Source: Lama glama (taxonomy: Eukaryota). Taken from it: 64,000 bases of DNA. Location of the stretch: assembly GCA_028534125.1 (NCBI GenBank), contig CM052817.1, forward strand, positions 36,706,001 through 36,770,000. The letters run 5' to 3'. Shown piece by piece: positions 46,040-58,472 of this stretch (positions are counted from its first letter, which is position 1; every line of letters begins with the position of its first letter). The translations under genes and the position numbers were made by a program. The notes below the pieces were generated by a model. That model was not told the DNA's origin. It saw only the letters and a program-made list of their open reading frames with translations, and searched no databases.

Positions 46040-46303
46040 CTCTCAAAAAACATTCTGCTGAACAATTCAGTAAGATGTTAGAAGTGTTCCATGATTTGGT
46101 GGGCAAAATAACTTTGTTAAATGTTGCATTAAGCACATCTCTTCACTGTAGGAATTCCCAGAGTCTTTAATATGTACATTGTGAATTTCCAGAAGGCCAG
46201 AAGTACAGTTACCTAAACTGATTAGCATAGTAAATACTTTTATAAGAATCCTATTAGCATCTCATAGAACATATATTTCCTGGATCACAGTGGGTAAACA
46301 CTG
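46040..46303. mobile_element. hAT-Charlie (MER112/Charlie4-like) remnant
   Basis: CACTGTAGGAATTCCCAGAGTCTTTAATATGTACATTGTGAATTTCCAG and the terminal CACAGTGGGTAAACACTG. Confidence 0.55.
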
Positions 46304-47706
46304 AATTGAATCTTTGGTGATAGACTTCATGTTGACAGAACCATTTCGTTACAAAGATAAATTTATTAAAGAATTATTTTGTGTTTAGAGAAGGAGAAGT
46401 GAGTATGTTTGTTTTGGCATCTTCTAAATTATGTTTTATGTGTGGCTTATTCAGTTTTGTGAAAGTCTTTTTTTTTTTGAAGTATGTGTCTGCCAAATTT
46501 TTATTTCTCTCCTCAAGACCCATGCTATTTCTGACAGTCTGACTATTCTGGTAGAAGAGTTGAAACATTTTAAAGTCTGTTACAGAGGTCTTCTGTCCTG
46601 CTCCCGGCAATTTCTAAAGGAGTCTGATAGTCAGTTGTCTACTTTCAATGCAGTCTGCAGTGCTATAGTTTGTTGTCTGTTCTGCTGTAATACGAGTTAT
46701 GTTTCTAAGAAGACTCAAGGTATAAAAAATTGAATAATACAGATGTCTCGATGAGAAAAAGGGACTTAGGACTAGAATGTGTAAGAGTAGCAAGAATAAA
46801 ATTATTTTTCCCCAGAGGAATTTTAATAATAAAATATTTTCCAAGCTATAAGGATACCTTATGCTTGCATGCTAAATAAGTTGGCTTATCAAAACTGACA
46901 GAGACAGAAACCAGATGTCAAAGCATCTTCTGTACCTTTTCATGGATACAGTTAGCAGCCTCTGTTTCCTGTTACCTCTTGTTTTGCCTTGTTCATACGA
47001 TTGTGCTTGCAGCACAGCTTAAAGTTACCACAAACTTTAAACAGAAGACTTTTAAAACTGAATGGATAAAGAACAGATGAGGAACTGAACAGCATGTCAC
47101 TTGAATGGTTCTTTGTATTAGAAAGACCTCCCCATTGCCATCCGGAGGTCTGTGTAGCCTTCAGGCTGCTCTGAGGGTGTCCAAAGCTCTCCTCAGGATT
47201 TCTGTAAATTCTCAGGGCCTCTTACATTTCCTGGGCTCCTGATTTCTCATGCTCTGCACTATAAGGACCCAGCTGTGATATTTAATCCTTTTGCCAATTT
47301 TTACTGCTTTCCTCCATACACAACCACACTATTCAATGGATATAGTAGAATTTACTACCAAAACGGAGGAGACGGCAATCATGTAACATTCCAAATAACA
47401 AAGAACTTAAATTTGCGTATTAGGTACGTCTCTCTCTCTCTATGTATATATGGAAATGGTATAATAGTTTGGACCAGTCCATCCACTGAGAATAACTAGA
47501 TAATCTGGACAAAATATTAAAAAAATAAAAAATATTGAAAAAATAAAAAATTGTTTCCAAGAGAGTTTTTTTGTAAAATCAAAAAGGTGAATCCAAAAAA
47601 AATGGTGAGAACTCTGCTTACTGCACGGATCTCACAGTCCTAGATGAAACCATGGTAGAGGGTGGCAGTATAAACTGGAACTACCAAACCCTCTCTAGCT
47701 TATTTT

Positions 47707-47867
47707 AATACAAATACAAATACAAATACAAATACAAATAATAATAATAATAATAATAATAATAATTCTTTGTGATAACAAAAGATAGAGACAGAGAAAG
47801 GGAGGGATGGAGAGAGGGAGGAAGGAAGGAAGGAAAGAATGAAGGAAGAGAGAGAAAGGAAAGAAAG
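47707..47867. repeat. Compound (AATACA)5(AAT)10 microsatellite followed by a polypurine (GGAA/GGGA) tract
   Basis: Read directly: 47707-47736, 47737-47766, and a purine run at about 47780-47867. Confidence 0.9.
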
Positions 47868-48761
47868 ATGTAGGGCAAATGCAAAACCAGCTTGGATGCT
47901 GGGATAACAGGCATGGAGAGCGACTGTCTCTGGGGAAGCCAGGCTAGATGGTCACCCTTCTTGGCTATTCTGCTTATTTCTGCCCAACAGAAATATGTGC
48001 ACAAATGAACCAAGAGAAACGTACAAAAATGCCTATAGCAGCATTATTTGTAATAGCCTAAAGTGGAAGTAACTCAAATATGTGTCAACAGTAGAATGAA
48101 TATATAAATTATCATATTTGGATAATGGAATACCAAGCAGCAAAGGGAATAAATAAACTACAGCTACTTGTAACAGCATAGATAAACATCAAAGCATAAT
48201 ATTAATCAAAAAAGGCATTCACTAAAGAATACATACTGTGTGTTTCCATTAATTTTGCCAAGAACAAGCAAAATTAAATAACAATATGAGATATAATAGC
48301 CATCTTTGGGAGAAGGGTGGAAGTAATTGATTAAGACAGTTTTAAGGTGTCTTCTGTATCAATATTTTCTTTCTTCACTGTGATAAAAAACACAATAGAA
48401 TTTATCATCTTAACCATTTTTAAGTGTACAGGGTGGCAGTGTTAAGTATAGGCATGTTGTTGTGCAACAGATCTCTAGAACTTTTTCATCTTGCAAAACT
48501 GAAACCCTGTAACATTGAACAACTTCCTTTTACCTCCTCCTCTTAGCCACTGGAAACTACCATTCTGCTTCTCGTTTCTAGGAGTTTGACTACCTTGGAC
48601 ATCTCATAGAAGTGGTATCATGCATTATTTGTCTTTTTGTGACTGGCTTCTTTTACTTAACATGATGTCCTGAAGTTCATCCATGTTGTAGTTTATGACA
48701 GGATTTCCATCTTTTTTAAGGCTGTATATAAATATTCCACTGTATATACCACATTTTCTTT

Positions 48762-48921
48762 TTTTAATGGATGTCTTTATTTTTATTTATTTTATTTATT
48801 ATTTTGAGGGGGAGGTAATTAGGTTTATTTACTTATTTATTTTAATGGAGGTACTGGGAATTGAACCCAGGCCCTCATGCATGCTAAGCATGTGGTGTAC
48901 CGCTGAGCTATGCCCTCCCCC
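48762..48921 (-). mobile_element. vic-1-like SINE nested in the L1MB
   Basis: GGGGGAGGTAATTAGGTTTATT...GGTACTGGGAATTGAACCCAGG...GCTGAGCTATGCCCTCCCC; TSD ATACCA(C/T)ATTTTCTTT at 48746-48761 and 48922-48937. Confidence 0.9.
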
Positions 48922-49031
48922 ATACCATATTTTCTTTATCCATTTATCCATTGATGGACAATTTAAGTTGCTTCTATCTCTTGGCTATTATGGTTAGTGC
49001 TGCAGTGAACATAGATGTGAAAATACCTCTT

Positions 49032-49369
49032 TAGAAGAATACAAATTTTATTTACAAACCAGAAAAAGACTCACAGACGTAGAAAACAAACTGTTTTATG
49101 GGGAGGGAGATGAAGAAATCGGGGGAGGGATACAGTAGGAGTTTGGGATTAATAAATACACATTACTGTATATAAAATAGATAAAAAATAAGGACCTACT
49201 GTATAGCACATGGAACTATATTCAGTTTCTTGTAATGAGCTGTAATGGAAAAGAATCTGAAAAAATATATATGTATGTATATGTATAATTGAATTGCTTT
49301 GCTGTACACATGAAACTAGCATTGTAATTGACTACACTTCAATAAAAAATAAGAATTAAAAAAAAACCC
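49032..49369 (+). mobile_element. Artiodactyl-type L1 3' end nested in the L1MB
   Basis: AGACTCACAGACGTAGAAAACAAAC...GGACCTACTGTATAGCACATGGAACTATATTCA...ACTTCAATAAAA; TSD AA(A/T)TACCTCTT at 49021-49031 and 49370-49380. Confidence 0.85.
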
Positions 49370-50211
49370 AATTACCTCTTCGAGATTCTACTTTCTGTTC
49401 TTTTGGATATATACGAAGAAGTGAGATTGCTGAATTGTATGATAATTCTATTTTTTCACCTTTTGAGGAAATTCCATAGCATTTTCCATAGTTGCTGCAC
49501 CATTTTACATTCCCATCAACGGTGCACAAGGGTCCTGTTTTCCCCTCAGCCTCATCAGTACTTGTTATTTTCTGATTTTCTTGATGGCGGCCATCCTAAT
49601 GGGTGTGAGGTGATATTTCATTGTGGTTTGGATTTGCATTTCCCTGATGACTAGTGACACTGAGCATCTTTTCATTTGCTTGTTGGCTGCTTGTGTATCT
49701 TTTTTGGAGAAATGTCTATTCAAGTCCTTTACATATTTTAAAATCAGGTTACGGGTTTTGGTTGTTGTTGAGATATCCCTTATCAGATAAATGACTTTCA
49801 AATATTTTCTCCCATTCTGCAGATGATCTTTCCACTCTGTTGATTGTTTCCTTTTTTGTGAAGAAGCTTTTTTAGTTTGATGTAGTCCCATCAGTCCCAA
49901 AAGCCTATGTTGCTTTTGTTGCCTGTGCTTTTGTGTCATGGTTAAGAAATCATTGCCAAGAGCAAAGCCATGAAGTTTTTCTCTTATGTGTTTTTCCTAG
50001 GAGTTCTATGGTTTCAAGCTTTTAATCCATTTTGAATTAATTTTTGTATGCAGTGTGTGGTAAAGATCCAATTTCATTCTTTTGCATGTGGCTATCCAGT
50101 TTTGCCAACACCATTTGTTGAAGAGATTATCATCTCCTCAAGCTGTAGTCTTGGCGCCTTTGTTGAATGTCATTTGAGTTGTATGTGAGAGTTTATTTCT
50201 AAGCTCTCTGT

Positions 50212-50450
50212 TATTTTTTTTCTTCCAGTTTTATTGAGATATAATTGACACATAGCACTGTATAAGTTTAAAGTGTACAGCATAATGACTTGAGTTTCAT
50301 ATATGATGAACTGTTTACCAGAATAAGTTTAGTTAGCATCTGTCATCTTATATAGATAAAAAAAAAAAAAGAAAGAAAGAAAGAAAAAAATCCTCCTTGT
50401 GATGAGAACTCAGGATTTACTATCTAACAACTTTCAAATATACCATACAT
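50212..50450 (-). mobile_element. Short L1 3' terminus nested in the L1MB
   Basis: CCAGTTTTATTGAGATATAATTGACACATAGCACTGTATAAGTTTAAAGTGTACAGC...CCTTGTGATGAGAACTCAGGATTTAC. Confidence 0.8.
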
Positions 50451-53400
50451 GGGCTTTCTATTCTGTTCCATTAGATTATGTGTCTGTCTTTCTGCCAGTA
50501 CCATGCAGTTTTGATCATTGAAACTTTGTAGTATGCTTTGCAATCAGAAAATTTAAGGCCTCTAACTTTGTTCTTTCTTGGGATTATTATGGATATTTGG
50601 GGTGCTCTGAGATTCCATAAGAATTTTAGGTTTTTTTCTATTTCTGCAAAGAATGCCATCAGCCTTTTGGTAAAAGATTGTATTGAGTCTGTAAATTACT
50701 TTAAATGGTATGAACATTTCAACAATATTAAGTCTTCTGATCCATGAATGTGGAGTGTCTTTCCATTGATTTGTACCTTCTAAAATTTCTTTTAGCAATG
50801 TATTGCAGTTTTCAGTACACATGACTTTCACCTTCTTGGTTAAGTTTATTCCTAAATAGTTTTTTTTTTGATGCTGTTATAAATGTTTTTGTTTTATTAA
50901 TTTACTTTTCATATACTATAGAAAAACAATTAATTTTTGTGTGTTAATTGTTTTATCCTACAGCTTTGCTGAATTTGTTTATTAGTTTACAGCTTTTTTG
51001 CATGTAGACTCTTTGGGGTTTCTTACAAAGATTCTGTCATCTCTGAACAGAGATATTTTTACTTTTTCCTTTCTAGTTTGTATGCCTTTTATCTCTTTTT
51101 CTTGCCTGCCTACTTTGGCTAGGACTTCCAATACTATGTTGAATAAAGTGGCAATGATGGTCATACTTGCCTAGTTCTGGATCTTAGAGGAAAAGCTTTC
51201 AGTTTTTTACCATTGAGTATAATGTTAGCTGTGAGCTTATCATATATGGCTATCATTATATTGAGGTAATTTCCTTTTACTTCTAGTTTGTTGAATTTTT
51301 TTTTATCATGAAACCATGCTGAATTTTGTCACGTGCTTTTCCTGCATCACTTGAGATGATCAAGTGATTTTTTTATCCTCCATTCTGTTAATTTGGTGTA
51401 TTACATTGATTAATTTTTGTATGTTTAGCAATCCTTGCATCCAAGAATAACACCCACTTAGTCATGGTGTATAATCCTTTTAAGATTTGGTTGAGAATTT
51501 TTGCATCTATATTCCTTTGGGATATTGGTCTGTAGTTTTCTTTCCTTGTAATATCTTTGTCTGGCTTTGGTATCAGGGTAATGCTGGCCTCAAAGAATGA
51601 GTTTGGAAGTATTTCCTCCTCTTAAATATTTTGGAAGAGTTTGAGAACAATTGGTATAAATTCTTCTTTAAATGGTAGAATTCTACAGTTGAAGGCTTCT
51701 GGTCGGACTTTTCTTTTTTGGGTTTTGATTACTGGTTAAATCATCTTTCGGGTTTCAGGTCTATTCAAATTTTTTACTTCTCTATGATTTTAGTATCCAT
51801 TTATTCTAGGTTATCCAGTTTGTTGGCACATAATTGTTCATAATAAATGCTTATAATCCTTTTTATTTTTGTAGTGACTCCTTTTTTTTCCTGATTTTTT
51901 TGTTATTTGAGTCTTTTTTTAGGTATTCTAGCTAAGGATTTGTCAATATTGTTGATTTTTTCCCCCAAAATCAACTCAGTTTCATAATATTTTATTTATT
52001 GATTCAGGTAGTGGTTATGTGGGAATTTATCTTGTGATAATTCATTGAATTCACATTTATATTTCATACATGTTGTGTCTGTGTTAAAGACACAATTAAA
52101 CAAATGAGATTAAAAGAGAAGTCCCCTCTGGTTATTCTGTTACCAGAGATTTCTTCATCCCAGATGCTTTCTTTCTACCTTTCTTTTTTGATTCTCATGT
52201 CCTCTCTTCCAGAGCCCTACAAATAAAAGTTGGTCTTTCTTTATTATACAGAATAATTCCTCTCTCTCTTCAGCCCCTGCTATCAAATATGAATAGCCAA
52301 ACTCATCTAGTCAAGGTATTCAGGAGTCAAGAATCTTCCACTTAACCAGTTTCACTTTTACAGAGGACTGTCCTACATATATAAAACAAAGTATTTCCTG
52401 TCACATGAAAAATAGCTTCCTTTGCTGTTGAGTGATACTGACTTCTGATCAAAACTGTGTATAGCCAAATGCACTCCTAAGAATGTGGACGTTTTGTAAC
52501 CAATTTGTCTAATGAAAATTCCTATCGTTCAAGAAATGCCTATACTTTATTTTTCTTGCTTATCTTAGATAATCAAGCAAAATCAAGAAGAGAAACACAA
52601 GCAGAACTGTCAAAAACATCTATGAAGAATCTCAGGCTGCTAGATTGATTTCTGTTTGGTTAGTTATTTTGCCTGTTTGCGAAATACTGTGATGGCGTTT
52701 CAGTTATTTATTAAGTTCCTTTCTTAGTCATTGAGATGTTATTGCACTTGCCAGACTAAGACGGCTAAGAATTCATCTCTGAAAAGCAGTCATAATGTAA
52801 TTTATAAGTGCAAAATAAAATAGGGAACACTTTTGTAAATCAACCTGGTACTTCACTTCTTTCAAGAGTGAGGCTCCATTTCCTTTTATAGCTGATCAAA
52901 TGCAAATTCATCTCCCTGTTAATAACATCAGGGATTGAGAACAGATGCCACAGATAGTTGAAAAAATGCTAAAAAGTGTTTATAATTCATGGTAACAACC
53001 TAATTGCTGGCTCTGATGCTGTGGTGTGGGAGCAACAAGGCAACGCTGGCCTCCCTCTAGTACATAAAGTTTAATATGTGCTATTGGTTATCTTATGGGA
53101 CAAGAAGAATTTTAAGACTATTCAGTTTGATTCTTAGGATCTTCTGCTTAGTAAGAATCACCTGGGCTGCACATTAATCAAAATATCTAAGGGAGAGTTC
53201 TCTTAATTAGTTAATTAATTAGTAGGCATCCAGAGTGATTTTTTTCCTTTGCAGAATTTCAATGAGCAATGGATAAATAGATAGACTGGAAAAATTGATT
53301 CTTTTAGTTATTTTTGAGAAATCTCCACATCTCCTTGAGTGGCAGTAACTCAAATAATTTCCTACCAGAAGAACAGCTTAATAGGTTTTGAGAATCAGAC

Positions 53401-54389
53401 TTATAAATTATTGAACATACTGGATTCCATGTCCTAGCTGTGTTGGATTCTGCTAACTCAATTTGTAGCATTAAATCATGATATTTTAAAGACCTTTCTG
53501 AAATCTTTTCATATCATCCTTACTTCCTTGCTGGAATACATGCCCCAGGAGAGCTGGAATCTTTTTCTGTTTGTTCACCGATGCATACACCTGCCTAGAA
53601 CAGTTCCCTATTCAAGGTGCTTGACAGTGACTTTTGGGTAGGAGACAGCAGTATATGTCTCACAGCACATATGAATGGCATCCACTTGACTGCCACAGGT
53701 TGAACGTTTAACATGATGAGAACAATTTAGAAAAAGTAAAAATTGCTGCAGCCAACTGTGGAGACCAACAGTAAATGTTCATGGGTACTAGATTGTCTTT
53801 CAAGTGCAATTTGTATGGTGACTAATAGGTTTGTATAAGAGGCTTGGGAAGGCTTTGTGGCTCCTCCTTGGCATCATGTGGCTGTGAGAGGGAGGACTGA
53901 GTCAACCAGGTTAGCAAAGCACTTTTGTCTGTAGACAGCAGATCTGTGAGCAGCCCTAGATGGTAGAAGTTGTTTGGAAACATAGACATGGTTATCCACT
54001 GGCTAATGGTTAGGCATTGCAGGGCAGTATTGGGAGTAGGGGATAACTGTTAGCACCCAGGCAGGCCGTAAACTTCCACAGGTAGATTTCTGTGCAGGAA
54101 CCTACAATGTACTGACAAACTGGGCCAGCCTGGGAAACATGAGTCACACAGTCCCCTCCGTCTGACCTGCCCCCGTGCACCGGAACCCACGTTGCTGGGG
54201 CACAGAGGAGTAACTGCAGGTTCTTCCCAGAGCACTTGTCCACGTGCAGCCGTCGGGGAGGAGGCGAGAAAGATGGTCAGTCATCTTTTAAATAGCAAAA
54301 TACCTTTCACATCTCCCTCACTAGCAGTTCTGTATGTTCTTCCTAAATATCTCCAAGGACAGGTATCACTCTTTGTAGAACCTACAGTG

Positions 54390-54660
54390 AATAGGTAAGA
54401 GAATGGATGCTAGAGCCAGACTTCATGTCCCAGCTATTCTACTCAACTGACTATCTGACCTTGAAATTATTTAACATCCCGTGCGTTGGCCCCTTCATTT
54501 GTAAAATGGAGGTAATAGTAAATACAGCATAGAGTTGTTGAGAGGAATATATATGTATTTAAAACATATGGATATATTAATAACTTAGAGCAGCCTAGCA
54601 CCATACAAGCAGCCTAGCACCACACCATACACCACATTATTTATTCTCTTACTATAGTTA
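54390..54660 (+). mobile_element. MIR SINE
   Basis: GGATGCTAGAGCCAGAC...TGACCTTG...CTTCATTTGTAAAATGGAGGTAATAGTA...GTTGTTGAGAGGA. Confidence 0.7.
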
Positions 54661-54730
54661 TTAATATTAGAATGACCAAAGATCATCCAAATCAGAACAC
54701 ATGATCTGACCAGATAGTTTGACTCCATTC

Positions 54731-54970
54731 TTTCTTTTGGTGACTTTTTATTTTTTAATTTTTTCCTTCTAGTTTTATTGAAATATAATTAATATACAGC
54801 ACTGTATAAATTTAAGGTGTACACCATAATGATTTGATTTATATACTTCACGAAATGATTGCTATGATAAGTTTAGTGAACATCTATTATCTCATATAGA
54901 TACAAAATAAAAGAAAAAGAAAAAAATGTTTTCCTTGTGATGAGAACTCTTAGGATTTACTCTCTTAACT
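54731..54970 (-). mobile_element. Short L1 3' terminus, same family as 50212-50450
   Basis: CTAGTTTTATTGAAATATAATTAATATACAGCACTGTATAAATTTAAGGTGTAC...CCTTGTGATGAGAACTCTTAGGATTTACTC; TSD TTTG(A/G)CTCCATTC at 54718-54730 and 54971-54983. Confidence 0.85.
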
Positions 54971-55022
54971 TTTGGCTCCATTCCTGGTGTGATTAAGAAA
55001 TTAAGTTGGACAGCATAATATT

Positions 55023-56128
55023 TGTGGGAAACATCTGTTGCTTTTGCCCCCTCCCCCCCTTATCCCTTCATCCATTCACTCTTCTGCAAACTATCTAGCA
55101 TCTTCTCCCTGGGGAACCACAGCTTCTCTGCTCACAGAACAAGTACTTCTGATGTTTCAAGGAGAGTTGACTTCAGCTCCAGCTCCAGGGGAGGGCATGT
55201 GGTTCATTTCTGGCCAGTGAGAGAAGCACACTCCCCTGACCACGTGCTTGGTTCAGAGTTGGACATGAAACATTATCAGAGCCAGTGGGAGACAAGGGTT
55301 TTGCCAAGTCTATCGCGTACAGCACAGACAGTTTCTTTGTAGGACAGGAACCTGAGGAGATTCAATTCTGGAGCTGCTGGAAGCCATTTGGCAGCATGTA
55401 ACACCAAAGGAAAAAAATGTGTGGTATATGCTTGTTATTTCTTTGGGCCATTCAGCATCTTTGAACAACTTTCCTATGTTGAAGAATACCCAAGTTTTTG
55501 AGACTACCTACCTCTGTAAAAGCTGGATTTTTACCTCCCTAGTCTTTCTTGCCTTAGGAAGAATTCTCAGCTCTGCTAGTTGGACCTACTCTTGCCAGAC
55601 TTTTACTTAGAAGCCATGAGGCAAGGAGGACTTCATTCTGAGAAGGCAGTGGCAACTTTATCTTATTTCCAGAAACACCAGCAGCAATAGTTCTAGGCAA
55701 GAGCATCCAGTGCCTGGGACTAGAACTGCTGGTACAGTGCTGCCAGTGGAGTCTCTAATGACCTGAGTCTTGACGTGATTTGTTTCTGGCTACGAGTTTC
55801 CAAATCGGGTTCTCAAGTCTTTCTGATGATGTTGTGAGCTAGCTAAAATCCTTTAATACATTTTTCTGTTTAAACTAGCCATGGTTAGTTTCTGTTGTTT
55901 TCAAATGAGAACTTTGAATAACAAAGTTTAAAATGGAAAAGGGCAGATTCAGGAGTTGGAGAGAGACCGGGTCTTCATGACATCATGTGGGTTCCTGAAT
56001 CCAGCCACAACTGAAGCCAGCACTCCCCTTGATTTTTCAGTTGTGTGACTCAATGGAGTCTCCTTTTCCTTAGGCCGACTTGGCTGGAGTTTTTGAAACT
56101 TGCAAAGCAAATAATCCCAGCTATTACT
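55023..56128 (+). mobile_element. MLT1K-like LTR with a second LTR nested at about 55419-55923
   Basis: MLT1K-type start (TGTGGGAAACATCTGTTGCTTTTG...GGGCATGTG...CCCCTGACCAC..TTGGTTCAG) and end (GAATCCAGCCACAACTGAAGCCAG...TTTTCAGTTGTGTGA); the inner element ends TTAAACTAGCCA..GTTAGTTTCTGTTG...AATAACA. Confidence 0.55.
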
Positions 56129-56545
56129 ATACTGTACTGTTCCTCTCTATTCTTATATCCTTTGTCTATCTTGTTACGATTTTGTGATAAAATATAAAAT
56201 GAATAATACTAAGAAAAACGCCAACAACCCACTTAATCCTTATGGAGGTTGTTCATTAGTGTGATCCAAAATTCTATTAACAGGGCCAGGCATCTGTTTG
56301 CTCTTTAAAGTGAGATGAAGTCAGAACAGAATTTGACACTGTTGATTCTATTTTTCTTTCCCATAAATTCTTCAGTTGTGTTAGCTTTTTATTTTCTTTT
56401 TAAGACTAACTCATAAGAGTCAAATAAAATGCGTGATTTTCTATCTGATTTCTAAGCTCTGCTAACTTAAAAACAGATTTGATATTTATTATTTATATTT
56501 CAACCATTAAAAATTCACATGGTTGCATACACTTTCATTATTTTC

Positions 56546-56806
56546 GTTTATTTATTCATTCATTCATTTTTTTTGGAACAACAATATAACATTTTTTATT
56601 GACTTATAATCATTTTACAATGTTGTGTCAAATTCCAGTGTAGAGCACAATTTTTCAGTTATACATGAACATATATATATATTCATTGTCACATTTTCTC
56701 CTCTGTGAGCTACCATAAGATCTTGTGTATATTTCCCTGTGCTATACAGTATAATCTTGTTTATCTATTCTACAATTTTGAAATCCCATCTATCCCTTCC
56801 CACCCT
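56546..56806 (-). mobile_element. Young camelid-type L1 3' end
   Basis: AACATTTTTTATTGACTTATAATCATTTTACAATGTTGTGTCAAATTCCAGTGTAGAGCAC...TTTCCCTGTGCTATACAGTA; 18-bp TSD TACACTTT(C/T)ATTATTTTC at 56528-56545 and 56807-56824. Confidence 0.85.
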
Positions 56807-57907
56807 TACACTTTTATTATTTTCTAATCTGCCTACGTTGCACTGTAAAAACAGAAAATACACATCCACTCAAATTGATGGTCTCCTCCCAGTGGGAGCA
56901 TTTCTAGAGTACAGAGTGTAATTTGCTGAAATGTTTGACATCAGGTTCCTTTTTCTGTCATTATAATTTCTGGCACATGGCATTTTACACAAATGGTGGT
57001 CATGGAGTGGTGCTCCCCTCTTCCCAAAGTTATTGCTCCTCAATGTTTTTGAAACGGAATTATACAGTTAAAAAAATCTTTTTTCCAAACAGGAACATGT
57101 AGGTCAGCGAGTGTACTCACTGCCATGTGACTTGAACTTTCATCAAACCAGTCAACCAAGATGAAACCAAAATGAAAATGTCAGTGTATCTGAATGAATA
57201 CATCTGTGTTATTTTAGAAAAAACTTAAGAGCATGTTGGCACAACATACCGACACAAACATAATGGACTTATTTTTCTTCTTTGGGTTTAAAAATGTAGT
57301 TGATTCTTATGGTTACAAAAAGTAAATACACGAACATTATTAAAAAGACTAAAAACTGTAGGAAGGTTCAACAAGGGAAAAAGTATCTGTAATGTTACCA
57401 TCAAATACAATCATTGTTATTTTGGAATAATGTCTTTATATCTTTTAGCCAGACATAGATATTTTTGTATCTAGTTTCTTTCTTGAGATAAGTGTGTCCA
57501 TATAATTTTGCATCATGCTTTTTAAACAACTTTATTATAAAATATTTTAAAACATTGATGTTGCATCACCTGTAATTTTGATAAATTAGTTCATTGCCTG
57601 AAATTGTTACTCTTCTTTTCAATATGGGAACACACGAAACTATGGCACTATAATTGTAACTTATAATCATTACAGATCTAGAATAAAGTCTTAATTTTTA
57701 TAGTCTTATTGTATACTGGGTATTACCAGGTTTAAAAAAATATAAACAATCTCATTTAATTCTCTAGATTACTTTAGAGGCCAAAAATTGTACATAAGAG
57801 AAGTAGCATTAGCCTAATTGGAGGAGGGCAGGGCAGAGAAGCAGAATAAAATTCATACTAAAGGAAGTCAAGAGACCTGGCCACCCCGAACTAATCAGCC
57901 CTGAGAC

Positions 57908-58061
57908 TGTGAGGAGTACTTTTTTGTATCAACTTTGCTAGATTGTGGTGCCCAGCTGTTTGGTCAGACACTGGTCTACATGCTGCTGTAAAGGTGTTTT
58001 TTAAGATGTGATTAACATTTCCAATCAGTTGGTTTTAATCTAGAGAACCCTAACTAATACA
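57908..58061 (+). mobile_element. Internally deleted MLT2 (ERVL) solo LTR retaining both termini
   Basis: TGTGA...TGGTGCCCAGCTGTTTGGTCAGACACTGGTCTACATGCTGCTGTAAAGGT...GATGTGATTAACATTT joined to GAGAACCCTAACTAATACA; 5-bp TSD GAGAC / GAGAA. Confidence 0.8.
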
Positions 58062-58127
58062 GAGAACTTGTCTAAGTGACCCCGAGTTTTAATGTCTCCA
58101 GCTGAAGGTTAGGAGATGGAATTAGAT

Positions 58128-58472
58128 CAGTGGTTCTTAAACTGTAGTCTGTGGATCAGTGTTCATTTTGGACAAAATTCTACCCAGTCTGTCATAAAAA
58201 GAGAAAAATAGCAGACTTTTTAGATAACACAATTTATTTAAGTATATTTTTCTCTCTGCTCCCTCGCCCCAAGAGATTATAACCTCCTATTCTCCTTTGG
58301 AGTGAAAACATTCTTTCTTTTATGAAATGATGCTGATGATCATGGGTAGTTGTTTGTTCTGGCTTGTGTGTTAACGTACTAAGACATAAACATGGAGTTG
58401 GCAACTTTAAATCAGTTACCGAATTAGGGAAATTTTTACTAGTTCAGGTAATTAAAAAATCTGGGAGCCACT
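58128..58472. mobile_element. hAT-Charlie-type DNA transposon remnant
   Basis: Termini CAGTGGTTCTTAAACT ... AATCTGGGAGCCACTA resemble Charlie TIRs. Confidence 0.45.

Larger units (their letters stand above)
48376..51985 (-). mobile_element. L1MB1-like LINE (3' UTR plus about 2.3 kb of ORF2 remnant) carrying three nested insertions
   Basis: GTTGTGCAACAGATCTCTAGAACTTTTTCATCTTGCAAAACTGAAAC 3' end; ORF2 peptides [42 protein letters not shown] and [20 protein letters not shown]; degenerate TSD AATATTTT(C/A)TTT(C/A)TT at 48361-48375 and 51986-52000. Confidence 0.9.
47965..52110 (+). mobile_element. Old L1ME-type 3' end (47965-48360 and 52001-52110), split by the L1MB insertion
   Basis: TATAGCAGCATTATTTGTAATAGCC...CAACAGTAGAATGAATA...AAAGAATACATACTGTG; resumes GATTCAGGTAGTGGTTATGTGGG...ATAATTCATTGAA. 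Confidence 0.65.

Noticed and set aside
47705..48013. 102-aa ORF ending in poly-Tyr/LYLY
   Set aside because: It is the translation of microsatellite and polypurine tracts.
49565..51164. ORFs with L1 ORF2 similarity as a functional reverse transcriptase
   Set aside because: Short frameshifted pieces of an old 5'-truncated L1 interrupted by younger insertions.
54589..54636. AGCAGCCTAGCACCA direct repeat with a 19-bp period
   Set aside because: A two-copy local slippage inside a MIR; not an array, and no spacer structure.
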